In this document: positions 34,891 to 48,099 of the stretch, piece after piece
Layout of the letters: each line of letters opens with the position of its first letter
Position numbering within the stretch: position 1 is the first letter of the stretch
Assembly (NCBI GenBank): GCA_036172245.1
Contig: JAYWIR010000019.1
Span: 1,736,001 to 1,800,000 of the forward strand
Source of the DNA: Raillietiella orientalis
Lineage: Eukaryota
DNA length: 64,000 nucleotides
Direction of reading: 5' to 3'
The notes under the pieces: model-generated
Databases searched by the model: none
Told to the model about the DNA's origin: nothing
What the model saw: the letters and a program-made list of their open reading frames with translations, nothing else
Position numbers and translations under genes: made by a program

Positions 34891-37800
34891 GAAAGCGCAA
34901 GTTCCTGGGAAAAAGGCAGTGAGCTCCGACAACGGCTTCACCTAGTCCTCGTCTTCAGCTTCTGCCATCTTCTTGGCTCACGGGCTGCGCCATGGCGCCA
35001 AGTAACCGTCTCCCTTCCGTCAGAACACTGTCCGTTATGTACACACGAGTCACAGAGGTGAATTACCAATGCATAATTTTTCCCGTCCACGGTTCCACTA
35101 CTGACGCTGGGAGCATTTGCGATCCTCTCTTTCGTGCCCGCTTCACCACTGCTCGCGGTTGCGTGACTTCGCGAGCACGGCACGAGACCGGCGAAGCTGG
35201 GATTTCGAGTTCTGGTTCCAACGGACCGAAAGGAAAGCCGACCGGTGAGGCTCGGCAGCCGTTGCTCAGTCGCCCCTCGATGCTTTCTCGCAAGTGTCGA
35301 TTTCTTCTGCATCCCTTGCGGTCTGCTCGCTTCGAGACAGAGAGCTTCCCCACCTCCTTCCCTCCAGGGACCATCCGGAGTCTTGCAGGCCCTTCCGCAG
35401 TTTCGGACACTGGCGGAAACATCATCGTCGAGAAGGTTCCGCCAGAGGGTGGGGCGAAGAGGAGATTACCATGGCTGAGGAAACACGTGTCGTGTCCTCT
35501 CCTTCTGTGTTCCGATCGAGGTGCGCAAAAAGAACTATTGGCTGACGGCCCCGACGGCGGGCAGCGGGGCATGTCGCGCTGTTCGTTCATCTTTCTGCTA
35601 GCCCGCACTGCGTCATCTCGTCCTCATATTCGAGTAATCTATGGAGCAGGGAAACGGGTGCTTCTCCCCTGCTTTCGTCGATTGCTTCCGAGATGGATGG
35701 TCTCTTTTTCGTGCTGTTATTTTTTTCTTCTTCTTCTTCTCCTTTCCCCCAAAGCTATTTGGAGGATTCGTTGCTGCCAGGTCCCCGTGTCCCGCCCGTT
35801 TATCAGCTCTTCGGCGCGAACCCGAAGCGGGCAGCACGGCTGACCTCCAGCGTCGTGTTTTCGTCTGCTCCACCCCTAATACGCAACCCGCTGCAGGCGC
35901 GCGTTTGGGTCAGGGGACGCGCTGGAGCAAAGTGGCGGGCGGCGCTGTAGGGCACATCCGGGAGCGGGGGACACCGGTTGGCCCTAGAGAGGGCCGACAG
36001 CAACGTCGCCTGCGAGGTGGAGGAGGTGGTTCTCCCCGAGCGGATGGGGGAAATGAGAGCGAGACGGGAGTGGCTCCTGGTTCGGTGGGACCTTCGCTTC
36101 TGGTGTTGTCAGGTAGCGTTCCACGTTCTCTCACCTCCCTGCCACTCCCGGGGGATCGTTTGGTGATTCCCCCCTCCCCTCCTTCCTTGCCGTTTCAGAA
36201 CGACGATGGCAGCGGCCGAGAGAAAGAAGCGCGCACCTGGTGCACGCCGCTGCGAGGGTGGACTTCCAGAAGTTTCCACGCCGCCAGCGGCTGTCTCCGC
36301 TCCGGGCGCGAGGCGGTTGTGGCTTCGTCTCGTCGTCGGAAATCAAGCCGGCGCGTCCACAGGGGGCTCGGAGGTTCCCCCCTGCGGTCGGGGCTGCGCC
36401 ATCATGAGAGGCGCTTCCCGCTTCGAATTGAACCCTCGCCCGCCCGAGGAAAGCGCCTGGCGCTCCCGACGCCAGGATGCTGGAGGCGCGGAGACGGACA
36501 GCGAGCATCCGAGGCGTCGAATGGCGCCCCCGTCCCATCCATGGGGAAGGACGGCGGGGGGCCGCAGCAGGTCTTCAGGACGGCAGGCAAGCAAAGGAAA
36601 GCCTCGCGGGAAATTTCCCGGAAGGGACGGCGGCGCCACCTCATTGCCTGGAGAACTCGTCTCCCTTTGCCGGCGTGGGGTGGAGTGGGAGTCGGTAGTT
36701 CGGTCTCGGTCCCTTGCCCCAGGCACTCCCGAGCCGATGCGGGGCAAGCGGACCTGCGCGGAGCTGGAGCTCAGGTTCTCCTGGCACCAACCTGGCCACC
36801 GGGGTGCGCGTGGGGGTGCCGGACCGACGCTCGTCCGCCCTCGCCCGCGTCAAGCACGGGGGGACGCTGCCCTCGGGTGAGGAGCAGCAGAGCGGACCGA
36901 GTGGAGACGCAGGGGAGGGGGAGAGAAAGGGCGAGAGCCAGAAGAACAGCAGATGGATATCGGTTTTCCCCCTTTCCGGTGACGCCCCCACCTTTCAGCT
37001 CTCGCTGCCTTGGAAACGCCACCGAGGTGCCACGTGATCGCATCCTTTCCCGAAGAGGCGGAAGTCTCTCTGATGGAGTGCACCCGTCTGCCGCGTGCGC
37101 AACCGCCTGCCCATCGCTCGGGCGGGGTCGCGGCCCTAGTCGGGAGGTGGAGGCCGAGCGTTCCTATGTTGCGGGTTTCGCTTCGGAGTTTCAAGTTCTT
37201 CCAGGGATTAGCCAAGTTCACCTTCGTCCACTTCGATTCAGCAGAAAGGAGGAAGGGGGAGGGAGGAGGGAAAAGAGGAAGGGAGGCTGGGTGGAAAGTT
37301 TCTTACTGCCGCTTCCCTTGGGGACAAGAGAGAACGGAGAAAAGCCTCTTCATTCAGGATGATGGGAAAGTGCCTTGCGGAGCGTCTTGCTGCTGTTCGG
37401 GTCGTCATGACGGCATCCGCCCCTCTACAAGCTGTCCGTTTGTGTGCTTCTTGAATCTCGTCGCCAGGTGATGATGGTGAATGGGGCCGCTTTCTCCCGA
37501 CAGCTCCCTTACGGATGGAATCCGATCTGAATCTCTCGTGCGGATAGGCAGGTATCTAAGCAACGGACAGAGTCCCACCGTGCCTCGAAGCATATCCCGG
37601 CAACGGCATCCTGCTCGAGAAAGGCGAACGGAAATGCCAGCGAGCGATGCACGTCGCCATCGGTACTCGATGCAGCAGGGCAGCTGCGGCGTCATCATCC
37701 GCGGAAGGAGGGAGGCTGGGCGCGTCTCGCCCGTGGACCCGGGGGAGGAGGAGGACGGGCCTCCCTGTGAGCGGGGCACGCGGAGGCTGGGAGGAATCGC

Positions 37801-38353
37801 CGCGCCGCGTGCAACTGCTGCACGGGCGGTTGGGAACGCCGCGCAGGCCGGGATCCTGGCGACACGCGAGCGTCCCCCACAGACAAGGGCGGCTCCTTCC
37901 TGCTCCCCCACCCGGGACCGCGTCGGGCGACCGGGATATCCGCTGCCAGCACTTCCCTCCCGCGCCCCCACGGAAGGAAAAGGGGGGAGTAGGTCAACGG
38001 AAGAGATCGCGGAAACGAGGACGAGCGCACCCTTTTCCTCCCTTTGTCCGCCTGCCCCCTGGCCCCGTACGGCTCCAGAGCCCTGTCCCAGGAGTTGCTT
38101 TTTCTTTCTTTTTTTATTTCCTCCATCCGCCGCTCCGACCGCAGTGCCGAGCCCGGCGTGCTGCCTCCCGAAGCCTCGGAAGGGCGGGTGGGGTGAGCGG
38201 GTTTCAAAAAGAAAGGGAAGCGCCGCCTTTCCCCGGCGTTTCCCTTCCTCCTCTCTCCCCTCCTCTTGCCCCCGGGGCCGTCTCCCCAAGGGGGAAGGCG
38301 AGGAGGGGAAGGCCGCCGCTCCGCTCGCGAGAGCGGGGCGCCCGTCGGCAGGG

Positions 38354-39594
38354 TCACTCCTCGGGCAGAAAGTACGAGGGGAAGGCGATGTTCCAGACGA
38401 CGGTCGTGAGCATGAGAGCCACGAAGAGGACCAGGGAAATCCACCAGACCACGCGCTCCCAGGGATGGACGCGGAGGTTCCTGAGGACGTTGATGCCCAC
38501 GAGGAGGCCAGCGGCGCTGCCCGCCAGGTGGGCGACGTAGCCGACCTTGTTGTTGGCGCCGGAGTAGCGGCTATACACGGCGACGCCCAGGTCGGAGCCC
38601 ACGAGCAGGAAGAAGAAGGTCAGCCGCAGGGGCGCGAACTCCATCTCGGACCAGTTCTGGTCGGGGGGGAGAGCCGAGGGGGGTCGGTCCGGGAGGAGGG
38701 ATGGGGGTGTTTGCTCACCAGGATGATGCTGGCGAGGTGGGCGCAGAGGAGCGCGTAGACACCGCCGGAAGCCCCGGCGAGGAAGACATGCGGATCGCTG
38801 ACCGACGTCCAGAGGGAGCCGGCGAGCACCCCGGCGATGTAGACGACCAGGACGCGCCACCAGCGGTGCACCATCTCCAGGGGAACGCCCAGGATGAGCT
38901 GGACAAGCACGTTGAAGACGATGTGGATGACGCCCGCGTGGATGAGCATGTAGGTGAGGAAGCGCCACGCCTCCCAGCGGCGGCGGGGGTCGTAGATGAG
39001 AGGCGAAAAGAAGGGCACGGGCCCATTGAGGGACACCGACCCCAGATCCACGCAGTAGTAGATGAAGACGCCCGCCTCCAGCAGCGAAAGCGCCACCATT
39101 AGGAGGGGAGGCGGGAGGCAGGAGTGCTCGTCCAAATAGCGCCGCTCCTCGCGGGCGCGCCTGCGCAGCGGGAGCGCCACCACGGCCGCGCAGTGCACCA
39201 GCCGGCGCAGCATGGGACGCCGCTCTGCACGCTCCCCAGCGCGCACCATGCTGAGAAACTCTCCAAAGTCCAGCAGCCCATCGCGGTCGTGGTCCGCCTC
39301 TTGCAGGATGCGGTCGGCGAGCCCCGGGGGCACCTCGTAGCGCAGGGGCGTGCTCTTCAGCAGGTGCGCCATCTCGTGCAGTGGCACCACGCCGTCGCAG
39401 TCGCAGTCGAACTGCAGGCGGACCGCCCCCTCACGAAAGGCCTGCCGCCACCCCCTCCTAGGGCTTACCTTGTCGAACACCGGGCGCCAGTGCTGTGGGA
39501 GCAGGCGGGGGGGTGCAGATGGACTCGTCCCCGCCAAGTCCCCCATGGGAATGGACGTCTCGCGCGGTCCGCGGCGGCCCTCCGCCACCGTCAT
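38354..39594 (-). CDS. RHBDL3: Rhomboid intramembrane serine protease with N-terminal EF-hands (RHBDL3/Rhomboid-4-like); exons 39594-39469, 39411-38719, 38656-38354. 5' end uncertain.
   Basis: HWRPVFDK|FDCDCDGVVPLHE ... DHDRDGLLDFGEF (two EF-hand loops), PPPLLM, EAWRFLTYMLIHAG..HIVFN, catalytic GASGG, NWSEM, catalytic His in VAHLAGSAAG. Introns of 57 and 62 nt, both GT-AG. Exact orthology within RHBDL1/2/3 is not resolved. Confidence 0.93.
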
Positions 39595-42500
39595 GGCCGC
39601 CAGTCCACCGGCCCGACCACCGTCGGGGATCCGCGTGCGACTGCAAGGAAGGCGATGCGTCAGGATAAAAGCTGGCAGGATGCGAAGGGAGTGGAGAGAA
39701 GGAACGGGGGGGCGAGCGGGAGATCGCCCCTGCCGTCGTCACTGTAACGGCTCCGCGGCGCGTGCCTTTCCCACGTGGGGAGCTCGCAGGGGCGGAGAGT
39801 CGTTCCCCTACCCCTTCATCCTTGGCCTCCCCCCAGGTCGTCGGACGATGGGGGACGGCGGAGGGACAGCGCTGTCCCCCGGCCATCTGCTGGTGCCCTC
39901 CGGTCCGGGAGGAGAGGGTCGACTCGGGCCAACCATCCCCTCCCCTCTCCTGAGCGCTTTCCCCTTCTTCAGAGGGGCGGGGGAGCGAGGTCTGAAGATC
40001 CGCCTCCGCCCGGCGGCCCTCAAAACACCTCCGGGCACGAAAGTTCCCTTCAGGAAACCAGGAAGATCGTCGCTTGGAGACCAAACCAACCTCGCCCCCC
40101 ATCCCCACCCTCTCCTCGCTTTCCTTCTATCTCATCGCGAGGGTCACTCGAGGTTGCCTGCGGAAGCACACGGCGTCCGGACGACCGCTCGTTGCCACGG
40201 ATTCCTCACCCTCTCTTCCTCGCGCTGCTTCTGCGCGGAGCGGCCGGTCACGCCGTCTCCAAGGCAGCGGAACAGCAGACCAAGGCGGGAACGCGGGGAG
40301 GAAGGGGGAGGGGGAGGAACTCGTCTCCCCTGCAACGGGGCGGACCGTCCATCGGCTCTCCCCCCGCAACCCTGCGGTGCTGCTGCCCTCCTCCTTTGTA
40401 GCCCTCACGCCGTAGCCCGCTGCCGGCAGCGACGATGCCCCGAAAGGTCACTCCTTGCACCCACGCGTCCTCCCGGCTGCACCATCGTTCTCTCCGCCCA
40501 CGAGCAGGGCGAGCCAGCGCCACCACCGCCGGGCAGGCCCCCTCTCTCCCTCAAAAGGAGGGGAGACGGAAGGGAAGGCAGCTCCGGAAGGAGCGAACGG
40601 GGAGGCCTCCCCACGCCGCCTCGGGCGGTGTCCCTTCCTGGCCGACTCTCCACGCGGCTGCTGAGCCCTGAGGGAGTTCTCTGACCCCGGTGCTGCGCGC
40701 GCAACCTCCCACGGAGCACTGACTGCTGTGCGCACGAGACGGACGCGGCGAGGGACCCACCCCAGCAGCGCCACCGGCTGGGATTCGCTCCTTCCGCTCC
40801 CTGCGGTGGCCCCGCCCTCCTCGGCATCCCTGCCGGGAAGAGCAGCAGCAGCAGCCGGAGCCGCCACTACCCGCGGGAGGAGAGATCCCGGGAACGCTCC
40901 CCCTCCCACGTCCCTAACCAGAACGCGCGAGTCGCCCCGCCGAACGACACCGTAGGCCTGGGGTGGCTGGGCCCGGGCCTGCGGTGCCTCTACGACGGGA
41001 CGACGAAACGTCCTGATCCTGCGTCACCAGTCCCCGAACCGGGGGGGTTCCTCCCCAACACCTCAACATTGGAGAGGTCAAGAGTGTCGAATCGCTCGTC
41101 AATCGTGGGACCGTCGCTATCGGTGACGAGGTTGCGCTTCTGGTTGTTGTTTTCCCCGCAGAGTTCTATTTTTGGCCCATCCTCGGTCCTCCTCAAGCAA
41201 ACCGATTCCCTTCTTGAAAGAGATAAAAAAAAAAAAAGAAAAAAAATGGCGTTGCAGGCAACAACAAACACTCAACGGTGGATACAACCCGAAAATATTC
41301 CCGACACCCAAAAAACAAAATTACTTCCGCTGCACATCCCTGGAACAATCACACGAGACCTACTTCCGCTGTAGCGACGGAAGTAGGTTTTTACGAATGC
41401 ACATTTTGCAATTACTATAACGCATGTGTGGAAGCCACGCCGTTTATTATTATTATTATTCACGTGCGACCGTTGTACACGGATCGCATATTTACATAAT
41501 CGTATTTCTAAGCAACGTGCTATGGTAAGTGAGCGCATTCACGTCTCGTACGACCATAAGCACTACGGCTGCTGCTGCCAATCGTACATCCGAGTGTACA
41601 ACGGAAGCGCTCCCTCCTCCTCCAAAACGGATGAGTAATGGAAAACGGGAACGAAAGCCCCACCCGCACGATTCCTCGTTACCTTCAGCCCAACATGGCG
41701 GCCGGGCAGCAGCTGAACCGAAATCCGGAGTCCGCGTTCCTATGGATTTATCTGCTGCCCCGTCAACCCGGACGAGGCTGCTGCACGTTTTCCGCTGCCC
41801 GAAGGGACAGCCCTCTCTGCCTGGGAAGCAGCTCTCGACCCCCCTCCCGCCCTCCTCCTCCAGCGCTCGGGATTCGCGAACGCTTCCCGAGGGTTCGGTC
41901 GTCTCGCGGCAGGGCGTCTGGAACACGCCCACGGCATCCCGTGGAACCGGCAGGGAAAAGGAATACGCAAGTCGCCCGCCAGCTCGTGTGCAGGTTATTG
42001 GGGGAGGGGGGGGGGGAGAGATTCGTTTCGCACCAGACGCGGGGCTACGTGCATCGCAGATGTGCCGGTCGCCACGGAGAGGTGCAGCAGCAGCAGCAGA
42101 CTCCCGACGCTAACGGACCACCGTCCCGCTCAATTAATCCGGTTTAATTGGCATCCGAGGACGCCATCTTCGCCCGCGCGGAGCGGGCTTTACGCGCGGC
42201 ACGTGACTGCGTCGACAAGATGGCGCGCCCGCAGCAACCACGGGACCGACCCTCCGCGGAGGCATCTCCACGCGCAGCCACCCAGCCACGTGTCCTGCAA
42301 GCGACCGAAGGAACGGAAGCGAAAATCCTCCCCCAGCACCGGAGAGGGATCCAGGGAAACCTGATCGCGCCCTGGAGATGCGGGAAATCCTCGAAGCGCA
42401 GCAACAGCGAAAGGAAAGGAGGGGAGAGGGAAAAAAAATAAAAATAAAAGCGAGTACACACCTCTCTAGCGACAGATCGAGGAGATTTCCAGCATCCAAC

Positions 42501-44843
42501 CTTCGTTGGGGACGCTCGACGCGACCCTTTCTTTATGAATGATGGGTTCCTCTCGGTGATTATCGTTTTTCCTTTTTTTTTTTTTTTTTTTCTTTCTCCT
42601 TCGAGTCGGCAACGGCCAATAATTGGTGGGGCTTTCGTTATCGCTACCCCGTCTTCCCCTCCCCTCCCTCCCTAGAAAAACACCGTTCCGTCTTGGAATT
42701 TCTCTGGACTCTATTTTTGGAAGCATGGCGCGTGCTGGTTGCAAGACAGGGAAGCTGCTGCAGACAGCGTCGCGGCAGGGCGCTCCTCCACCGCTCGGTG
42801 GCTGCTGCGCCTTCTCTCTTGCAGGAGCAGTGCGGCGGCGGCCGTCGCAGACGCGCGTCCTGCAGAGCTCCCGCTTCCGCGACGTGACACCCGGAGACCT
42901 CCTCGGGCACACCGAAGACATCGACGAGACACCCGGAGACCTCCTCGGGTCCGCGCGCGCCTCCCTCCCTTCCGCACGTGCCCCGACGAGGACGGCGAAG
43001 TCTCTCGGAGAGAAGCCGCCGCCCGTTCGTAGTACCGGACGACGGGAGCCCCCCGGGTGGGCGGCAGCCAATCGACCGAACCGGGCCAAAAAAGGAAAGA
43101 AGAAAACTCGGGCGGATTTTCACCACGACGGCTGCAGCAGCGCCATCCCGCGGTCGCGTTCCACCCCGCGTGCCAGCAGCGCCGGCGGGCGGGTGGGTTG
43201 CATCACTGCAGCAGGGGTGGTGACCTCGTGGCTCCAGGATGAGAAAAGGAGGGAAGCGGTGAAGTGCCCGGATGAAACCGGCGGCGCCGAGCATCGACCC
43301 GCCGCGGAAGCTGCGCCAGTCGGGGCGCGCGCGCGAGCGGTTCGAGGAAGGGAGGAAGGGCGAAAACAAAACGGGGAGGGGGAGGAAGAGGAGGGAAGGA
43401 CGGCGGCACCGTTCTCCCTCTCCCTCCACACGGTCTACCTCGGAGCTGTCCGACATCCCCTCGGGGACAGAGGCCGCACCGGCTACGCAGGCCGGGGCCA
43501 GGCTTGCTTGGAGACCAGCCGGAGGGGGAGGGGAAGAGCAGCTCTCTCCGTCCGTCCGTGACCGCTGAGCTGCCTCGGACAGGACCGCTCCCGGGCCCGG
43601 GAGGCCTTCCCGTAGCCACAGGAAGACGTCGCGGACCGAGCGGCGGCCGGAAATCCGCTCGCGGAGGCGGCGCTTTGTCGCCGTTGCCGTGGTTGCGGCA
43701 GACCCGGCGGCGGGCGGGGGAGGAGACCTGGTTGCCCGCGCAGCGACAAGGGCCGCCTCCTTGTCCGGGAGCCGCGGCAACGGCCGAGCCCCGGGGATGC
43801 GAGGTGAGCGCGTAACGCCCTCGCAGATGCCCCAGAGGAAGTCATGGGGTCGCCAGTGCGGGGATCGCGGCCTTGGGCGGCAAGCGCTCCTTCCCGGACC
43901 TGACCTCTGCGGCTCCAGGCCCATTTTCGCGCGTCCACGCCCCGGCTGACTACCGCACCCCGGACACGTGGGAGGGGTTGCGAAGCGACAGGGACGAGCG
44001 CGGAGCCGCCGGGACGTTCGTTGTGGGCTGCGAGACCCCTTCCCCCTCTTCCTCCTCCCCACTCGCACCGCACGGGTGCAGAAGAGCGCACACCCGGATC
44101 GACGGAGATCCCACCGGAGACGGCGAACCGAGTTTCCCATGGCAACCGCGGCCGCACGTTTTCCCCTCCGTCCCTCGCCCCAGCGAACGCCGGAGCGGAA
44201 GGCACAAAGGGAGAGGGATAGTGGGGGGAGGAGGAGGAGGACCGCAGGGCGAGCGCCTCTCCTCCCCTTCCGCAACCCTCCGCTGCCGCTCCTCGAAGGC
44301 GGCAGCGCCGCACAGCGCACGCCACGTAGGTGGCGGGTCGAGCGCGCGGCCTTGGAATTTTCCGGCGTACCGAGAAGAAAAAAAATAGTCGCCGACGCGC
44401 CTTCCAGGTCGCCTGCGAGGACAGGATGGGTCCGTGCGGGAGTAGGGTGGGGTGGGGGTGAGATAGGGGGTCGGTGGCGGGCCACCCCCTTTCGTTTTTG
44501 TCTCCTTCCCTCGGGTTCCTTTCTCCTCCGCGAGTGGGCAACGAACCCAGGGACGGCGCTCCCGAAAGGGAGTCGGGAAGAGATGCGGGCGTTCCGCCTC
44601 GCCTCGCAGCAGCCGACCCCTCTCCGTGACCCCAGCGAGCGCCCCTGATCGCCGCCGCGCTGCGGACCGGCACTTCCGCCCCTTCCCTCTCCCCTCCCCC
44701 CTTCCTATACCTGGCTGCGCCGCCGCCGTAGCTTCCTCGCGACCGGGGATCCAGGAGGAGCAGCACCGCGCCGGCAGCCTGCCCGCAACCCTTCCTCGCG
44801 ACGACTCGCCTGCGAGCGGCGGTGGCGGCGGTCGTCCAGGTGA

Positions 44844-44864
44844 CGCGCGCGCGCGCGCGCGCGC
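44844..44864. repeat. (CG)10 alternating tract
   Basis: Directly visible. Confidence 0.9.
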
Positions 44865-47800
44865 CGGAAGAGGCCGCCCGCTTGTTCTCTCCGCTTCCCG
44901 CACGCGCGATGCGGGCCGCCACCGCCGTGCCCCAGGGGAAGAGAGCGAGCGCGGAGCCCTGTCCTCCTTCCGGCATCCCTTTTGCCCGCGGGGGCGCCCC
45001 CAGAGAAGAAGGGCAGGACCCTCGCTCCCGGTCCTCCGTGGCTCTGCCCTTCTCCCGCGTACCTGCTCGCACCCGTCGACGACGACGCCTGCCGGCCGCC
45101 ACCAGCCATCACGACGAACCGAGCAGCAGCAGCAGCAGCGCGCGCCCCTCGGGGCGGTGAACTTTATAACGACGGGCCCGAGCCGACCGGCTGACATCAT
45201 CGCCGGGCGGGCACGCAGGCGCGGCGGCGAGCGACTCCTGGAGGTGGCGCGGGGGTAACGGGCGTTTCGCTGCTACGGGTGAGTCACTGGTCCGCGAGCC
45301 CCCAGCCCGAGGCGCGCGCGCGTGCCACCGCTCGAGAATCTCCGCGGGCTGGACCGCACCGGGAGCGCGCTCGCTGGTCTCGCCGGGTGGCGCCGCTGCT
45401 TCCGTGCGCGAAAGGACCGGCGTCGCGTCTCCCCGGCAGCCTCGCGCGAACGAGGCCGCAGCATCCGCAGACGGACCGGCGGAGCCGCCGCCTGCCCCGC
45501 CTCCGAACAACGTCACGTGATCCCGCCCGCCAGGCGTCGTCGTCCTCCAGCGAGGAGCGCGGACATCCCGAGATCGAAATCCGCACGCAAGGCGCTCTCT
45601 TCTTCGATCCGGGACTACCTGCCGGAGGGTGTGCGATCGCGCCCTCACCACCTCTTCCGGAGGTCGCCTCGCAAGCCACCTGAAGGCATCCCAACGTCCG
45701 CGTCTCGGTTTTCCCCGACGGTACGTGGCACCGGAACCCCGAGGGGAGGAACCTCGCTGGTGACCTCGCCGGCGGAAAGGGAGCCGGAGAGCCCTCCGAC
45801 GGGGTGGCTGCCCCTTTCCTCCTCCTCTTTCCACCTCCTGCCGACGACGGCCACCGGGAATGGTTCTCCTGGGGTCGTCACCTCCAAGGGCCCTCCCGCC
45901 GCCCCGGAAGCATCCGTTGCTTCCGCTTCCGGGTTCCTCGCTCTCCCCTTTCCTGCCGCGCTGGTCGGGCGTGCCTCCTCCCGCCGCTCGGTGCGCGCCA
46001 TCTCGGCGGATCGGTGCGACCGACGAGGCGGCGCAACGCCTTCCGCCGCCGCAGCGCGCGCTCCGGTCGGACGCGTGCAGAGGCGTCCTGCCGGCCCCTG
46101 CGTCACTCGCTCGCATCGATTTTCTTTGGAAGCTCCAGGGGCGCCGCTTTCTTTCTTCCTCCCGCGGCGAACAATGAAGGTGAGGGGACAGACGGCAGGG
46201 GCGCGCGGGCAAAGAGGACCCTCGCTTTTCCGGCTGCACGCGGCGGTCGATAAAGCCACGGGGACAGGTCGCAGCAGATCGAAAAGCGCGATCCCGCGGG
46301 TTTCCTGGACAATGGCGCGGCGGAGGACGGAGCATCCCACCATACGTCTTCCGGAAGCTGACAGGGGTCCTGAAAAGAGGACCTTCGGGGGGGACGGGGG
46401 TCACGGGAGGGCAGAGGCTGGGAGAGGGCGGGAGGGGGAAACGTGACCTCGGGGCGGCAAGCATCCAGCAGCGCTGCTGCGGCTGCACGAGAGGGGTCAT
46501 CGGCGGCACGTGCGGAGGGAAGAGGGCCAGGGCAAGAGGAGTCCGGCGAACGAAGGGCCGAGGGAGGGAAGGCGTTCCGCCCAACGTGGGGCGCGCTTGC
46601 CGGCTTACCTCCGATCCGTAGGTGCGCGCGTATTAGGTGGCCGCGGCTCCCTGCCCGCTTGGAGCCCTCGGGGCGTAACCGGTGCGGGACGGCGGCGGCA
46701 GACGAGCGCGCCAATCCCCGAGAACGCCGGCGATGTGTCGCTGTCCGCCGACGGACGAGCGCAGAGCTGTGGGTAACCGCAGCGCTGCCCGTGGCAGCGT
46801 CGCAAAACAGAACCGGGTAGGGTGCAGCCACACGCGAGAAACCTCCGGGGTCCCTTATCCCCATGAAGAGAACGCATACGAAAAGGGAGGAGGGGGAAAG
46901 AGCCCTCGAAACTGGCCGGGGAAGCCGAAGACACGCATGCATTCGGAGGTTTTCATTTTTTCCCTCTTCTCCAGCTGCACGCATGTTGCGTGGATGCATG
47001 CGTGCACATGCGCACGACGTCGAAGCGTGCACAGAGACCCGTTCCACAGCATGCAGGCTGTTCATCCGTGGAGGGATGCTGCGAAGGAGCCTGTCAAGGA
47101 CGGACGGCATTCGGTTGCCTCGACGATCCTCCAGCGTGGCGACCTGAAGGGGAAGGTCGAGTCAGCCCATGCGATTCCTGCATGCTGCCGTCACTGACGC
47201 AGAGGAGGGCGAAGGCGGAGCAGAGTCCAAGCCTTTCGAGGGAGCGGAAACGGCTTCTCCCCCAAGAAAGCCCCAAAGACCCTCCCTCCTCGGAGGCGGG
47301 GTGCGTGCGCGTGCGTCGTACAGCGTCCGCGCGAGCTGTGCGATACGCTGCCGGCCCGCGCGCCGAAAGGCCCAGACCGCCGTCGAGTTCTCGCAGAGGA
47401 ATTCCTCAACGCGCTCTCGGGGGGCGGTCGTTGGCGCTTCTCGTTCTTTCTCACCGAGGCAGAGGACCCGGGTTGGTGCCAGGGTGTTCCCAGATTGGGA
47501 ACACGCTGGAACCGACTCACCCCTTCCCCCCTCCCTCCCGCACACACACACGCTTGCCAGCATTTGCCACCTCTTTCCACGGTAATCTCATCGCGCGAGG
47601 TCAGCGGACGGGAAGGCTTTCCGTCGGAACACCGAGGTGTACGGCCGCCTCCTGCCTGCCCGGCTGCACTTTCGCGCGCGAACGGGCGCCAAACCTTTCC
47701 GAGGCAGCGGCCCAGAATCGCACGGCGGAGGGGCCCTCAGAGGTGGGAAGGAAAGCGCCAGCGTCCTCGTCGGAGGTGCAGAGTCGCGCAAATAGAGGGG

Positions 47801-48099
47801 TCCTCGGACGCAGCTTCGCGTTTTCCGTGGACGGATGCATCCGGCGGAAATTTCAGGAACGCAAGATGCCTCGGAGACGTCATCTTGTTACTTTTTATCG
47901 TGGTTGTTGTTGTTTTTCTCTTAGACTGATGGTTCGGAATCCGGAGGAAATCAGTCGACCCCTCCATCCAGCTCCGGCAAGTGCCACTTGTCCCCGAAAA
48001 GGTCTCGCAGCCTATCAGTGACCCGGCGTTTCCCGCTGATGCGCCTCGTTTGAAAGAGGAGGCCGTGCCGGCCCATCTCGGGGAAGAGCGCGGACTGAG

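Noticed and set aside
34825..35061. PolyQ exon of a protein-coding gene
   Set aside because: No supporting exon structure or recognisable domain. Treated as a microsatellite.
42886..42949. 22-bp direct repeat GACACCCGGAGACCTCCTCGGG x2 with a 20-bp spacer (CRISPR-like)
   Set aside because: Only two units, eukaryotic context and no cas genes. Best explained as a local tandem duplication.
35641..47110. Very long ORFs (300-613 aa) on both strands
   Set aside because: Arg/Gly/Pro/Ala-rich, overlapping in all frames and without domains. Expected from stop-codon scarcity in GC-rich DNA. Only the rhomboid frames are supported.
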